The notes: generated by a model from the letters alone, not told the origin. Counted from the stretch's first letter, positions 1 to 9,471 are shown. The stretch: DNA of 32,000 bases from Halorhodospira halophila SL1 (GCF_000015585.1 NC_008789.1:780001-812000); one strand, 5' to 3'. Numbers and translations are program-made.

Positions 1-735
1 CTCATGCCAGAGGAGATCTCCAGCGCCTGCGAGATTACCGCTGGTGCTGCTACCGTTCCCGCTTTGCTGGTGATTGAGGCTCAGGGACCATGCAGGACGG
101 GTCATGAAACGGGCCGGCAGCGGTTCACGGGGCAGCCACTCCTCACCGCCGATACCCGCCCCGTCATCGGTCAGTCGTGCCCACCGGGCCTCGCGCTCCA
201 GACGGCTAAGGATCGGCAATTCCTCGTCCGCACGCATGTGGACCTCAGCGCGGCGCGGGCGATATTCGAAGCCAACGGGCAGGAACTCCTGGATGGCATC
301 CTCACGGAAGTAGATGTCATCGTGCTCTTGGATCCAATCCTCTTCCTCAAGGATCAGCGGGCGGTCGCCGACCTCGCCCATGCCGCTGGCGGTATCGAAG
401 GAGACCGTCCGGTCCGGATCGAGGACCCAGCCGGAGACCTGCCCCTCAAGCGGGTCGACCTCGACCGCCAGCTCCAGATGGCGGGCGAGCTGGCCCAATG
501 GGTAGTAGATCTCCCCTTTGCGCTGGAGCATATACTCGCTCTCGGAGAGGGGGTAGCCTTCCAGCTCCACGCGCAGCACCATATCCTCCACCCCCTCGCC
601 ATCATCCTCTTCCTGGAGGCTCTCCACAGAAAGCGGGGCAGGCGCGCTGGGCGACCAGAACGCCCCCGCCGCGGCCAGGAGCCAAACCGCGACCGCAACA
701 GACCGCCCAGTCGCACCCACGCGAGACCATCTCAC
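1..735 (-). CDS. Fimbrial outer-membrane usher-like protein, N-terminal 245 codons only (3' end lies beyond the window start)
   Basis: Absent from the ORF track because it has no stop in the window. My hand reverse-complement translation of 735->1 is open throughout. It reads (GTG)MRWSRVGATGRSVAVAVWLLAAAGAFW (signal peptide) ...MVLRVELEGYPLSESEYMLQRKGEIYYPLGQLARHLELAVEVDPLEGQVSGWVLDPDRTVSFD...AWSLSLNHQQSGNGSSTSGNLAGAGDLLWHE, which resembles an usher N-terminal domain plus the start of the barrel. The GTG start lies 4 nt after the chaperone stop. The + ORF 4..753 is its antisense shadow. Confidence 0.6.
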   Translation of the reverse strand, partial: MRWSRVGATGRSVAVAVWLLAAAGAFWSPSAPAPLSVESLQEEDDGEGVEDMVLRVELEGYPLSESEYMLQRKGEIYYPLGQLARHLELAVEVDPLEGQVSGWVLDPDRTVSFDTASGMGEVGDRPLILEEEDWIQEHDDIYFREDAIQEFLPVGFEYRPRRAEVHMRADEELPILSRLEREARWARLTDDGAGIGGEEWLPREPLPARFMTRPAWSLSLNHQQSGNGSSTSGNLAGAGDLLWHE

Positions 736-739
736 CGAC

Positions 740-1606
740 TTACTCGAGGGTGACGGTGCGCTCCGCCTTCACGTGACCACCGCTCTCGCCAAAGCCCTCC
801 TCGTCATCCTCGAAGGCCCGATACACCACCCGCAACTCATCGCCCGGGGCCACATCGTGATTCTCAACCGAGAAGGGCAGAATCCGCTCATCCATCGATG
901 TGGAGACAGCCGCCCGAGAGCGTTCGTGGATCGGCTCATCCTCTCCGGGCCGGTAGACCTCCAGGGAACCGTAAACCCCCCGCTCACCGTTGCGGGCCAC
1001 CGTGATCTCCACTGAGTCCTCGCCGTCCGCGTCTTCCGCTGGTTCGAAGCGAGCACCCCGAATCTCCGGCTCGCCGTCCGGATCACCGACTAGGATACCG
1101 ACCGGAATCGTCATGGCGAAGAGCGCCTGAATATCGACGGCCACCTCGTCGTCCTCGAGTTCCTCCTCGGCGAATGCCTGTCCGTCGGCGGTTGGCATGG
1201 TCCGAACGGCAAAACGGGCGCGATACTCGCCCGGATCGATCTCATCCGGCACACGGGACATGATGCGCACGGTCTGGCTCTCGCCCGGCTGGAGGGTCAT
1301 CTGGCGGGGATGGTGGCGCAGCAGGTCGGCCCCGTGGTGGCCCCGCTCCCCGGCTTCAGGCTCCACGGGATCAATCAGCTCCGAACGCCCGTAGGCATCC
1401 GCCTCGACATCGGTCACCAGAACCCGGTACTCTTGGACCTCATCGCTCTGGTTAAACACCTCGACCTGCGCGCTGCGCTGCTGATCGTCGAAGAACAGCC
1501 GCTGCGGCGCGATCTGAATCGCCGCCGACGCCTGCGTCGCGGCAAATACCAAAGTCGTTGCCACGCAACCAACAGCTCCCCAGTGACACCTAACCACCCG
1601 CCTCAT
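740..1606 (-). CDS. Periplasmic pilus chaperone (PapD-like fold)
   Basis: It has a signal peptide (MRRVVRCHWGAVGCVATTLVFAATQASA). This is followed by AIQIAPQRLFFDDQQRSAQVEVFNQSDEVQEYRVLV and HPRQMTLQPGESQTVRIMSRVPDEIDPGEYRARFAVRTMP, matching the two signature strands of chaperone-usher chaperones. An AGGAG SD sits 7 nt upstream. The gene lies between pilin-like genes and the usher-like gene. Confidence 0.75.
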   Translation of the reverse strand: MRRVVRCHWGAVGCVATTLVFAATQASAAIQIAPQRLFFDDQQRSAQVEVFNQSDEVQEYRVLVTDVEADAYGRSELIDPVEPEAGERGHHGADLLRHHPRQMTLQPGESQTVRIMSRVPDEIDPGEYRARFAVRTMPTADGQAFAEEELEDDEVAVDIQALFAMTIPVGILVGDPDGEPEIRGARFEPAEDADGEDSVEITVARNGERGVYGSLEVYRPGEDEPIHERSRAAVSTSMDERILPFSVENHDVAPGDELRVVYRAFEDDEEGFGESGGHVKAERTVTLE

Positions 1607-1689
1607 GGATTTCGCTCCTATCCGCTATCATTGCCCTAATGACCCTTGGGGCACCCCCCCATCCGCTTCCAATCTAAAACCGAGGTTTC

Positions 1690-1717
1690 CCCGCCTCCTC
1701 CCTGGGGAGAAGGCGGG
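1690..1717 (-). terminator. Stem-loop between the pilin-like gene and the chaperone gene (possible attenuator or partial terminator)
   Basis: The minus-strand RNA CCCGCCUUCUCC-CCAG-GGAGGAGGCGGG forms a 12-bp stem with one G-U pair. It starts about 18 nt after the stop of 1736..2290. A UUUU run follows only after a 10-nt spacer (plus 1676..1679), so this is not a canonical intrinsic terminator. Confidence 0.3.
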
Positions 1718-1735
1718 ATCCCAACGCGGCGGAGA

Positions 1736-2290
1736 CTAGTCCGCGTACTCAACCGATACAGTGAATGTATTGCTGTATACTCCGGCGTTTTCAGGGGCCG
1801 TACTATAATCCTCGCACTGATTACAAAATTCGACCCACTCATGCTTCTCCCCGTCTTCCCCTAAGGCGATCGGGTCACTGGAGCTATTGTTGTCGTCAAA
1901 ACCGAATGAGGAAGAGAGGGGAATAATCGTATCGTGGTCGCCGTTCTCTAGCTCGAGATAAACGGTGTGACCATCAGGGTTGTGAATGTCGCCGTCAAGG
2001 CTTATGTAAAATTCCTCTCCTTCCTCACCCTCGACGTCGATGTTAACGCCATCCTGGTCCGGAATCGGGAGCTCTTGTCCGGCGACGACACTGCCGGACT
2101 CCCAGATTATGTCGCCTTCGGTAGTGACGCCAATCGAATTGCTCACTGTAACGTCGGTCGTGAAGCTCTCATCGGCTTTAGCACCATCCGGCGTATCATC
2201 TGCCACCGCCGGCGTGCCTATCAGCACCGCAGCAGCAGAAACCAGCGGCAACGCCCATCGGCTGCTCCTGTAACTGTCTCTTTGTCTCAT
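1736..2290 (-). CDS. Secreted hyper-acidic pilin-like subunit (SCPU/DUF4402-like, archaic chaperone-usher type)
   Basis: I prefer ATG at 2290 (AAGGGGG SD 5 nt upstream) over the track's GTG at 2296. The signal peptide is ...WALPLVSAAAVLIGTPAVA. The C-terminal motif GVYSNTFTVSVEYAD is typical of SCPU/DUF4402 subunits. The mature part has 2 Lys and no Arg. Confidence 0.6.
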   Translation of the reverse strand: MRQRDSYRSSRWALPLVSAAAVLIGTPAVADDTPDGAKADESFTTDVTVSNSIGVTTEGDIIWESGSVVAGQELPIPDQDGVNIDVEGEEGEEFYISLDGDIHNPDGHTVYLELENGDHDTIIPLSSSFGFDDNNSSSDPIALGEDGEKHEWVEFCNQCEDYSTAPENAGVYSNTFTVSVEYAD

Positions 2291-2417
2291 GGGCACCCCC
2301 TTCTAATGGATTTTCTAACGGATTGGGGCCCCGGTTAGCGCTCACGGCTAACCCCCCAGGGGCCCCACCTTCATCGGGCCGAACCGAACGGGCCCGGCCC
2401 ACAGTTAGAAGACCGTT

Positions 2418-2852
2418 TTAGAGCTCGTCGTAGTTGGCGGTTGCCTCGACGGTTACCTCATAATCACCAGCATCGTCGCCGGTGACCTCAAGATTTTCCT
2501 CGATATCATCGTCGCCGATGATGCCACTTCCGGAGATTTCCTCGTCCGAGAGATCCAGACCCTCTTCATCGACAGAGTGGGTCACCGTATAGCTATATTG
2601 TTCACCGGTTTCTCCACCCACCGTGAAGGTGTAATCATCATCGACGGTGTTGCCTTCGATGATGGTGTCGGGCAGGTCCGCCTCATCGCTCACCGAAACA
2701 TCGATGGGCTGCCAAACATCCAGCGAGACGTCAAATGAATCACTGTCTTCGGCGCCGTCCGGCAAGTCCGCCAATGCCTTACCACCACCGATGGCCAGAA
2801 CGGAACCGGCGGTCAGCGCCAGCGCACCCTTGGTCCAGTCGAACTTCCGCAT
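2418..2852 (-). CDS. Secreted hyper-acidic pilin-like subunit (SCPU/DUF4402-like), first gene of the cluster
   Basis: I prefer the start at 2852 (MRKFDWTKGALALTAGSVLAIGGGKALA signal peptide, GAGGAG SD 8 nt upstream) over the track start at 2900. The C-terminal motif is GDYEVTVEATANYDEL. The mature part is about one third Asp/Glu, with no Lys or Arg. Confidence 0.6.
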   Translation of the reverse strand: MRKFDWTKGALALTAGSVLAIGGGKALADLPDGAEDSDSFDVSLDVWQPIDVSVSDEADLPDTIIEGNTVDDDYTFTVGGETGEQYSYTVTHSVDEEGLDLSDEEISGSGIIGDDDIEENLEVTGDDAGDYEVTVEATANYDEL

Positions 2853-3213
2853 GACTGCTTCTCCTCTTTTCCCTGTGCGAATCCTTTGCGCGTTATGCAA
2901 GAAAGCAACTTGCGATGGGCCAGCCCCAGGCCATTTCTCCGGTTTGCGACCCGGGATTCGCTGGCATTGAGAACGCTACCAAAGGGTTCTGACCGTTCTC
3001 GTCCAGCTGATCGGACGAAAGACGGGGCGCAGGTGTCAGACACAGTGGACAGAAGTTCGGCGCTGAAGTTGTCTGCCGATCTGGACAGCTTGCCCTTCCA
3101 CGACTCGGGGGTATTCCGTTGTACTGGTTTCGGGAATAGGGGCATGGCCGGGGGAGACGGCCAGGAGGGACACCGCAGCCCCGGACCGGCCTGTTGCACA
3201 GGGAGTCAGCACC

Positions 3214-5154
3214 ATGAGCACGGAGCTCGAGGTCTTCATCCGTCGGCGCGCCAATGAGCAGGGGCTCTCCCTGGCCGAGGTGGCGCGGCGGGCCGGGATG
3301 AGCCGGCAGTCGCTCTACGATTGCTGGTCGCGGGATGGCTACCCGAACCTGGCCACCATCGTCGAGCTGGCCGAGGTCCTCGGGGTGCACCCGCTGCGGC
3401 TCCTGGAGCTGCAGTTCCCCGACGACGGCGCGGCCGAGGATCACTGCCACACCCTGCGTTGGAACCTGGACCGGGCCGAGCTGGCCACGACGCTGCTTGA
3501 GCACACGCCCCAGGCCGTTATCGGCCTGGACGCCGATGGGCAGGTCGCGCTGTTGAACCCGGCCGCCGCCGAGCAGCTGCAGCGCCCCCCGGAGCGAGTG
3601 CTCGGCCAGCCGGCCGAGCGCATCCTGCCCGGCGAGGCGCTGGGGCGCATCCGCGCGCAGTGCCCGGTGATGAGCGGCGCACCGACTCAGCCGCACGCCA
3701 CGCCCCGCGGCAGCCTGCGGCTGAGCACCCGTCGCGGCGAGGACGGCAGCCTGCTGCAGACGCGCGCGCAGTTGGTCGAGGCGCCGCTCTACGAGCGTAA
3801 TGTGGTCCTGCTGCTCCTCGACCCCGGGGATCCCGCCAACGGGACGGCGGCCGAGGCACCGCCCCCCGCCTTCGACCGCGAGCCGCTCACCGGCCTCCCC
3901 GACCGAGAGTCGACCGAGGCGCTTCTGCGCTGGGCGATGCAGCGCACCGAGTCGCGGGGCAGCGAGCTGGCGGTGCTGGTCATCGAGCTCGACGGCTTCG
4001 ACCGGACCGAAGCCGGGCTCGGCCCGGAGATCGCCGACCGGGTGCTGCACACCGCAGCCCAGCGGGTCGGCGGTCAGCTGCGCCACGCCGATCTCCTCGG
4101 CCACCTGCAACGGGGCCAGTTCACCGCCATCCTGCCGGATACCGGCTCGCGCAGCGGCGCCCTGCAGGTGGCCCAGCGCATCTGCCAGAGCCTGGAGCAT
4201 CCGGTGGAGACCGGCTCCTGCGCCTGTCAGTTGCAGCCGCGTATCGGCATTGCGCTGTTCCCCGAGCACAGCCACCACGCCGTCACCCTCCTCGAACAGG
4301 CCCGCTCGGCCGCCACCCGCACGGCGGGAGACCACCAACCGGGGCAGATCGTGGAGCCGGACCTGGGCGACCGGGTGGCCCGGCGCGTGGCGCTGATCCG
4401 CGACCTGCGCCGGGCCCTAGAGCGGCGCAGCCTGTGCGTGCACTACCAGCCGGTCTTCGATCTGGCCAGCGGCGAGCTGACCGCCCTGGAGGCGCTGCTG
4501 CGCTGGCCCGAAGGCGACACCTCCCAGCCGTCCATCGGCGAGGTCATCGACGCCGCCGAGCAGGCCGGGCTGCTCGGTGAGCTGGACCGCTGGGTGGTCG
4601 AGCAGGTGTTGTCGGACCTCGCCCACTGGCAATCCCAGGGCTGCTGCGTGCCGCGGGTGAGCGTCAACGCCTCGGGGCGCACCCTGGGCACCGGGGCCCT
4701 GGAGCCGGCGGTGCTCAGCAAGCGCCTGGAGCGCCTCGGACTACCGCCGGGCACACTGGACATCGAGCTCTCCGAGCGCCACCTGCTCGACACCGGCGGC
4801 GCCGGCCACGACGGCCTGACCCATATCCGCGAGCACACCCTCGGGGTCACCATCGACCACTTCGGCACCGGCTACGCCTCGCTGATCTCCCTGCGCGACC
4901 TGCCGGCGGGACGACTCAAGGTGGACCAGACCCTGATCCGCGACCTGCCCACGGACCCGGATCAGCAGGCCCTGGTGGCCAGCATCGCCCGCCTGGGCGA
5001 ACGCTTCGGCCTGGAGCTGGCCGCCGAGGGGGTGGAGACCCGGCAGGAGGCGGAACACCTTCGCCAGCTGGGCTTCACCGAGGCGCAGGGCTACCACTTC
5101 GGCTACCCGGCCCCGGCGGCGGCGGTGTCCGAGCACCTGGCGACCGCGCCCTAG
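3214..5154 (+). CDS. XRE-type HTH / PAS / degenerate GGDEF / EAL multidomain protein (probable c-di-GMP phosphodiesterase with a DNA-binding head)
   Basis: The N-terminus [24 protein letters not shown]...[13 protein letters not shown] is an HTH_XRE-like domain. A PAS-like segment follows ([29 protein letters not shown]). The GGDEF-domain scaffold carries HLQRGQF in place of RxGGDEF. The EAL motifs are [37 protein letters not shown] and QGY. Confidence 0.9.
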   Translation: MSTELEVFIRRRANEQGLSLAEVARRAGMSRQSLYDCWSRDGYPNLATIVELAEVLGVHPLRLLELQFPDDGAAEDHCHTLRWNLDRAELATTLLEHTPQAVIGLDADGQVALLNPAAAEQLQRPPERVLGQPAERILPGEALGRIRAQCPVMSGAPTQPHATPRGSLRLSTRRGEDGSLLQTRAQLVEAPLYERNVVLLLLDPGDPANGTAAEAPPPAFDREPLTGLPDRESTEALLRWAMQRTESRGSELAVLVIELDGFDRTEAGLGPEIADRVLHTAAQRVGGQLRHADLLGHLQRGQFTAILPDTGSRSGALQVAQRICQSLEHPVETGSCACQLQPRIGIALFPEHSHHAVTLLEQARSAATRTAGDHQPGQIVEPDLGDRVARRVALIRDLRRALERRSLCVHYQPVFDLASGELTALEALLRWPEGDTSQPSIGEVIDAAEQAGLLGELDRWVVEQVLSDLAHWQSQGCCVPRVSVNASGRTLGTGALEPAVLSKRLERLGLPPGTLDIELSERHLLDTGGAGHDGLTHIREHTLGVTIDHFGTGYASLISLRDLPAGRLKVDQTLIRDLPTDPDQQALVASIARLGERFGLELAAEGVETRQEAEHLRQLGFTEAQGYHFGYPAPAAAVSEHLATAP

Positions 5155-5254
5155 CGCCGCGCGCCCTTCGCCCGCGCACGGCTGCTGCGCTACCCTAGTC
5201 CGGTTCCGCGGCCTCGCCGTCGCCGACGACCGGATCCAGACAGGGAGCGAATCG

Positions 5255-6961
5255 ATGCGCGTCACCCGTTTTCCACTATCCACCACCCGTGAGACCCCGG
5301 CCGACGCCGAGATCGTCAGCCACCAGCTGATGCTGCGCGCCGGCATGATCCGCCGCCTCTCCTCGGGGCTCTACACCTGGCTGCCCCTGGGCCTGCGCGT
5401 GCTGCAGAAGGTGGAGCGCATCGTGCGCGAGGAGATGAACCGCGCCGGGGCGCTGGAGGTGCTGATGCCGGCGGTGCAGCCGGCGGAGCTCTGGCAGGAG
5501 TCCGGCCGCTGGGAGAAGTACGGCCCGGAGCTGCTGCGCATCCGCGACCGGCACGACCGCGAGGGCTGCTTCGGCCCCACCCACGAGGAGGTGATCACCG
5601 ACCTCTTCCGCCGGGAGATCCGCAGCTACCGCCAGCTGCCGGTGAACTACTACCAGATCCAGACCAAGTTCCGGGACGAGATCCGGCCGCGCTTCGGGGT
5701 CATGCGCGCCCGCGAGTTCCTGATGAAGGACGCCTACTCCTTCCACCTCGACGACGACGACCTGCGCGCCGAGTACCAGCGCATGCACGAGGCCTACTGC
5801 CGGATCTTCCAGCGCACCGGCCTGGCCTTCCGCCCGGTGGAGGCCGACACCGGGGCGATCGGCGGCAGCGTCTCCCACGAGTTCATGGTCCTGGCCGACT
5901 CCGGCGAGGACGCCATCGCCGTCTGCGAAGCCAGCGGCTACGCCGCCAACGTCGAGCTGGCCCCGGCGGTGGCACCCACCGAGCCGCGCCCGGCCCCCCA
6001 GGCGGAGCGGGCGGAGGTGGCTACCCCGGGGCAGCGGACCATCGCCGAGGTGGCCGCCTACCTGGGTCTGCCCGAGGCCCGCAACCTCAAGACCCTGCTG
6101 GTCGAGGGGGCCGACGGCGGCCTGGTGGCGCTGCTGCTGCGCGGCGACCACGAGCTCAACGAGCTCAAGGCCGAGAAGCATCCGGCGGTGAAGGCGCCGC
6201 TGACCTTCGCCGAGGCCGAGCGCGTCGAGCGCCAGCTCGGCTGCCCCTTCGGCTCCCTGGGGCCGGTGGGGCTGACGGGGGTGACGCTGATCGCCGATCA
6301 CGCCGCCGCCCACCTGGCCGACTTCGCCTGCGGCGCCAACCGCGAGGGCTACCACCTCACCGGCGTCAACTGGGGCCGCGACCTGCCCGAGCCGGAGACC
6401 GCCGACCTGCGCGAGGTGACCGCCGGCGACCCGAGCCCCGACGGCGAGGGCACGCTGACCCTGCGCCGCGGCATCGAGGTCGGCCACATCTTCCAGCTCG
6501 GCACCACCTACAGCGAGGCCATGGGCGCCAGCGTCCTCGACGAGCAGGGCCAGGAGCGCACGGTGACCATGGGCTGCTACGGCATCGGCGTCTCGCGCGT
6601 GGTGGCCGCGGCCATCGAGCAGAACCACGACGACCGGGGCATCTGCTGGCCGGCGCCCATCGCGCCGTTCCAGGTGGCCCTGGTGGCGATCAAGGCCGAG
6701 GACCCGGCGGTGGCCGAGGCCGCCGAGGCGCTCTATGCGGACCTGACCGCCAGCGGCATCGACGTCCTCTACGACGACCGCGACGCCCGCCCCGGGGTGA
6801 AGTTCGCCGACATGGAGCTCATCGGCATCCCCCACCGGGTGGTGGTCAGCCCCCGGGCCATCCAGGAGGGCAGCGTCGAATACAAGGGGCGCCAGGATGC
6901 GGACCCGACCCACGTCCCCCGAGCGGAGATCGTGACATGGCTGAAGAACCGTCTGACGTAA
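5255..6961 (+). CDS. proS: Prolyl-tRNA synthetase
   Basis: The 568-aa ORF begins [44 protein letters not shown], the canonical bacterial ProS N-terminus. Class II motifs and an insertion (editing) domain are present. Confidence 0.97.
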   Translation: MRVTRFPLSTTRETPADAEIVSHQLMLRAGMIRRLSSGLYTWLPLGLRVLQKVERIVREEMNRAGALEVLMPAVQPAELWQESGRWEKYGPELLRIRDRHDREGCFGPTHEEVITDLFRREIRSYRQLPVNYYQIQTKFRDEIRPRFGVMRAREFLMKDAYSFHLDDDDLRAEYQRMHEAYCRIFQRTGLAFRPVEADTGAIGGSVSHEFMVLADSGEDAIAVCEASGYAANVELAPAVAPTEPRPAPQAERAEVATPGQRTIAEVAAYLGLPEARNLKTLLVEGADGGLVALLLRGDHELNELKAEKHPAVKAPLTFAEAERVERQLGCPFGSLGPVGLTGVTLIADHAAAHLADFACGANREGYHLTGVNWGRDLPEPETADLREVTAGDPSPDGEGTLTLRRGIEVGHIFQLGTTYSEAMGASVLDEQGQERTVTMGCYGIGVSRVVAAAIEQNHDDRGICWPAPIAPFQVALVAIKAEDPAVAEAAEALYADLTASGIDVLYDDRDARPGVKFADMELIGIPHRVVVSPRAIQEGSVEYKGRQDADPTHVPRAEIVTWLKNRLT

Positions 6962-7815
6962 CCCCGGCTGGGCCGGGTGGACGCATCCTCATCGCCGGCT
7001 GCGGGCGCATCGGCCAGGCCCTGGGCGAACGCCTGGCCGCCGGCGGGGCCGAGGTCTTCGGGCTGCGCCGCCGCCCGGAGGGCCTGCCCGCCGGGATCAC
7101 CCCGGTGGCCGCCGACCTGGAGGACCCGGCGGCCCTGGCCGAAGCGGTGCCGCAGGATCTGGACGGCGTCTACTACATCGTCACCCCGGGCAGCTACGAC
7201 GACGACGGCTACCGCCGCGCCTTCGTCGACGGCCTGCAGAACCTGGCCGATCTCCTGCGCGGCCATCCGCGCCCGCCGCAGCGGCTAGTCTTCGTCTCCA
7301 GCACCGCGGTCTACGGCCAGCAGGATGGCGAGTGGATCGACGAGGACAGCCCCACCGAGCCCGGACGCTTCTCCGGGCAGCGGCTGCTCGAGGCCGAGGC
7401 CATCGCCCTCGGCGGCCCGTGGGCCGGCGTGGTCGCCCGCTACGGCGGTATCTACGGCACCGGGCGGGACTTCCTGATCCGCAAGGTCGAGGCCGGCGAG
7501 CCGTGCCAGGCCGAGCAGTACACCAACCGGATCCACAGCGCCGACGTGGTGGGCAGCCTCGCCCACCTCGGCCGCGCCGACGTGCCCGGCGGGGTCTACC
7601 TCGGGGTCGACGACGCCCCCAGCACCCAGTGCGAGGTGATGGACGGCATCGCCGAGCTGCTCGGCGTCCCGCGGCCACCGCGCGGCGAGCCGGGCAGCGG
7701 CGGCATGCGCGGGGTGGGCAGCAAGCGGGGATCGAACCGCAAGCTCAAGGCCAGCGGCTACCGCTTCCGCTACCCGACCTTCCGCGAGGGGTACCGCGAG
7801 CTGATCGGCGGATAG
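6937..7815 (+). CDS. NAD(P)-binding SDR/epimerase-family protein
   Basis: It has a Rossmann motif ([14 protein letters not shown]) and an extended-SDR-like layout ([10 protein letters not shown]...). It overlaps the proS end by 25 nt, so the start is uncertain. Confidence 0.75.
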   Translation: MAEEPSDVTPAGPGGRILIAGCGRIGQALGERLAAGGAEVFGLRRRPEGLPAGITPVAADLEDPAALAEAVPQDLDGVYYIVTPGSYDDDGYRRAFVDGLQNLADLLRGHPRPPQRLVFVSSTAVYGQQDGEWIDEDSPTEPGRFSGQRLLEAEAIALGGPWAGVVARYGGIYGTGRDFLIRKVEAGEPCQAEQYTNRIHSADVVGSLAHLGRADVPGGVYLGVDDAPSTQCEVMDGIAELLGVPRPPRGEPGSGGMRGVGSKRGSNRKLKASGYRFRYPTFREGYRELIGG

Positions 7816-7845
7816 CCGCGGCGGGGGCCGCCCGGCACGGCCCGG

Positions 7846-8124
7846 CTAGCCGACACTGAACTCCGCCGGCGCCGGGTCGTCCGCCGGCTCGCAGGCCACC
7901 GACTCCACGGTGGCCGCCGGCGGCCCCTCGTGGAGCCACTCGCGCAGCTGCGCCACCGCCTCCGGCGGGCCGCAGGCGAGCACCTCCACCCGACCGTCGC
8001 GCAGGTTGCGGGCGTAGCCGGTGACCCCCAGGCGCACCGCCTGCTCCTGGGTGGCAGCCCGGAAGCAGACCCCCTGCACCCGGCCACTGATCGTACAGCG
8101 TGTCTTCTCTTGCGTCGTCGTCAT
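7846..8124 (-). CDS. acyP: Acylphosphatase
   Basis: The 92-aa product is MTTTQEKTRCTISGRVQGVCFRAATQEQAVRLGVTGYARNLRDGRVEV, carrying the V-x-G-x-V-Q-G-V-x-F-R signature. I trimmed it from the 172-aa track ORF. Its ATG overlaps the upstream gene's stop (ATGA). Confidence 0.9.
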   Translation of the reverse strand: MTTTQEKTRCTISGRVQGVCFRAATQEQAVRLGVTGYARNLRDGRVEVLACGPPEAVAQLREWLHEGPPAATVESVACEPADDPAPAEFSVG

Positions 8125-9443
8125 GCCACCTCCGCACGGGCCGAACGCCCTGCTCCAGCCTCCTCGGCGGTCGGCTCGAGCAGGTCGCTCAGCGACAGAT
8201 CGAAGCTCTGCTCCCAACGCTCCTCCACCCGGCGCAGCCGCTCGGCCAGCCGACGGTCCCAGGGTGCCCCGGTCTCCAGCCCCGCCGCCGGCGGCAGCGG
8301 GTAGGCGAGCATGCGGTGCAGCTCGGCCAGGGTGAAGGTCGAGGTATCCCGCGCCAGCAGCCACGCCCCGTCCGCGCTGCGCTCGATGACGTGGTGCCGG
8401 CGCAGGGTCTCCAGGGCCTCGGCCAGGGCGGGCTCTCCGGCGTCCGGCTCCTGCTCGAGCAGCTCGGCGAAGGTCACCCCGGCGCCGCGGCGCTGCGCCT
8501 GGTAGAGGTGCCCCAGGATATGCACCGCCAGCACCAGTGCCCAGCGGTTGCGGGCCAGATCGCCGCCGGTGCGCCAGCGGTAGCCGCGCAGGGCCTGGGT
8601 GACCTCGGCGCCGATGAGGATCACCAGCCAGGAGATGTACAGCCAGACCAGGAAGATCGGCAGCGCCGCCAGGGCCCCGTAGACGACCTCGTAGGTGGGG
8701 GCGCGGGCGATGAACGCGGCAAAACCACCCTTGGCCAGCTCGAACAGCCCCGAGGCCACCACTCCGCCGATGACGGCGTGGAGCACCGGCACACTGCGGT
8801 GCGGGACAAGACTGTAGATCAGCGAGAAGACAATCGCCTGCACCACGAAGGGCGCCAGATTGAGCAGCTGCGCGATCAGGTCCGACGGCGGCTCCAGCGG
8901 GCCCAGATTCACCGTGCCCATGTACGAGGTGGAGGCCACGCTCACGCCGAGCAGCAGCGGCCCCATGGTCAGCACCGTCCAGTACACCATGAACCGCTGC
9001 AGGGTCGGCCGCGGCCGCTCCACCCGCCAGATCTCGTTGAGCACCCGCTCGATGGTGTTGAGCAGCAGCAGTGCGGTGACCGTCAGACCGGCGATGCCCA
9101 CCGCGGTGAGCTCAGCGGCGCGGCCCATGAAGTTCTCCAGGTGCTCGTCGATGGCGTCGCTGGCCGCCGGGACCAGGTAGTCGACCATGGCCTCGCGCAG
9201 GCGATCGGTGACGCCCTCGAAGACCGGGAAGGCGGCGAGTACCGAGAAGCCGATGGTCATCAGCGGGACGATCGCCAGCAGGGTGACGTAGGCGAGCATG
9301 CCGGCGCTCTTGGCGCACTGGTCCTGCTGGATGCGCTGGATCAGATACTCACCGAAGCCCCGCGCCTCGCCGACCCCCGGGTGGGTGGGCAGCGCCCGAA
9401 GCCTGTCGCCGGCGGCACGCAGGCGGCCGCGCAGTTCCGTCAT
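8121..9443 (-). CDS. YihY/BrkB (virulence factor BrkB) family inner-membrane protein with a C-terminal soluble extension
   Basis: The N-terminus is MTELRGRL...CAKSAGMLAYVTLLAIVPLMTIGFSVLAAFP, followed by several TM segments typical of the YihY family. I chose the start at the ATG at 9443 rather than the track start at 9578, which would overlap the wrbA promoter region. Confidence 0.85.
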   Translation of the reverse strand: MTELRGRLRAAGDRLRALPTHPGVGEARGFGEYLIQRIQQDQCAKSAGMLAYVTLLAIVPLMTIGFSVLAAFPVFEGVTDRLREAMVDYLVPAASDAIDEHLENFMGRAAELTAVGIAGLTVTALLLLNTIERVLNEIWRVERPRPTLQRFMVYWTVLTMGPLLLGVSVASTSYMGTVNLGPLEPPSDLIAQLLNLAPFVVQAIVFSLIYSLVPHRSVPVLHAVIGGVVASGLFELAKGGFAAFIARAPTYEVVYGALAALPIFLVWLYISWLVILIGAEVTQALRGYRWRTGGDLARNRWALVLAVHILGHLYQAQRRGAGVTFAELLEQEPDAGEPALAEALETLRRHHVIERSADGAWLLARDTSTFTLAELHRMLAYPLPPAAGLETGAPWDRRLAERLRRVEERWEQSFDLSLSDLLEPTAEEAGAGRSARAEVA

Positions 9444-9471
9444 CTTGGTTCCGCGCCTCCGTAGTTGATAG

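Noticed and set aside
4-753. 249-aa + strand ORF at the left edge
   Set aside because: It is the antisense shadow of the usher-like gene. The minus-strand frame ending at 735 gives a signal peptide and usher-like sequence and is translationally coupled to the chaperone. The + product has an Arg/Pro-rich nonsense tail and no recognisable motif.
2893-4338. 481-aa - strand ORF
   Set aside because: It is antisense to the HTH-PAS-GGDEF-EAL gene. Its composition (Arg/Gly/Ala/Leu/Gln-rich) is typical of reverse-frame ORFs in high-GC DNA, and it has no motifs.
5276-6913. 545-aa - strand ORF
   Set aside because: It lies entirely antisense to proS, which has unambiguous homology. It is a low-complexity Gly/Ala/Val/Asp shadow.
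7846-8364. 172-aa version of the acylphosphatase ORF
   Set aside because: Acylphosphatases are about 90 aa. The upstream 80 codons overlap the 3' end of the YihY-family gene and are Ala/Gly/Arg low complexity. The internal ATG at 8124 forms an ATGA overlap with the upstream stop.
8100-9464. 454-aa + strand ORF
   Set aside because: It is antisense to the YihY-family membrane protein gene. The product is Arg/Gln/Gly/His-rich, with no TM segments or motifs.
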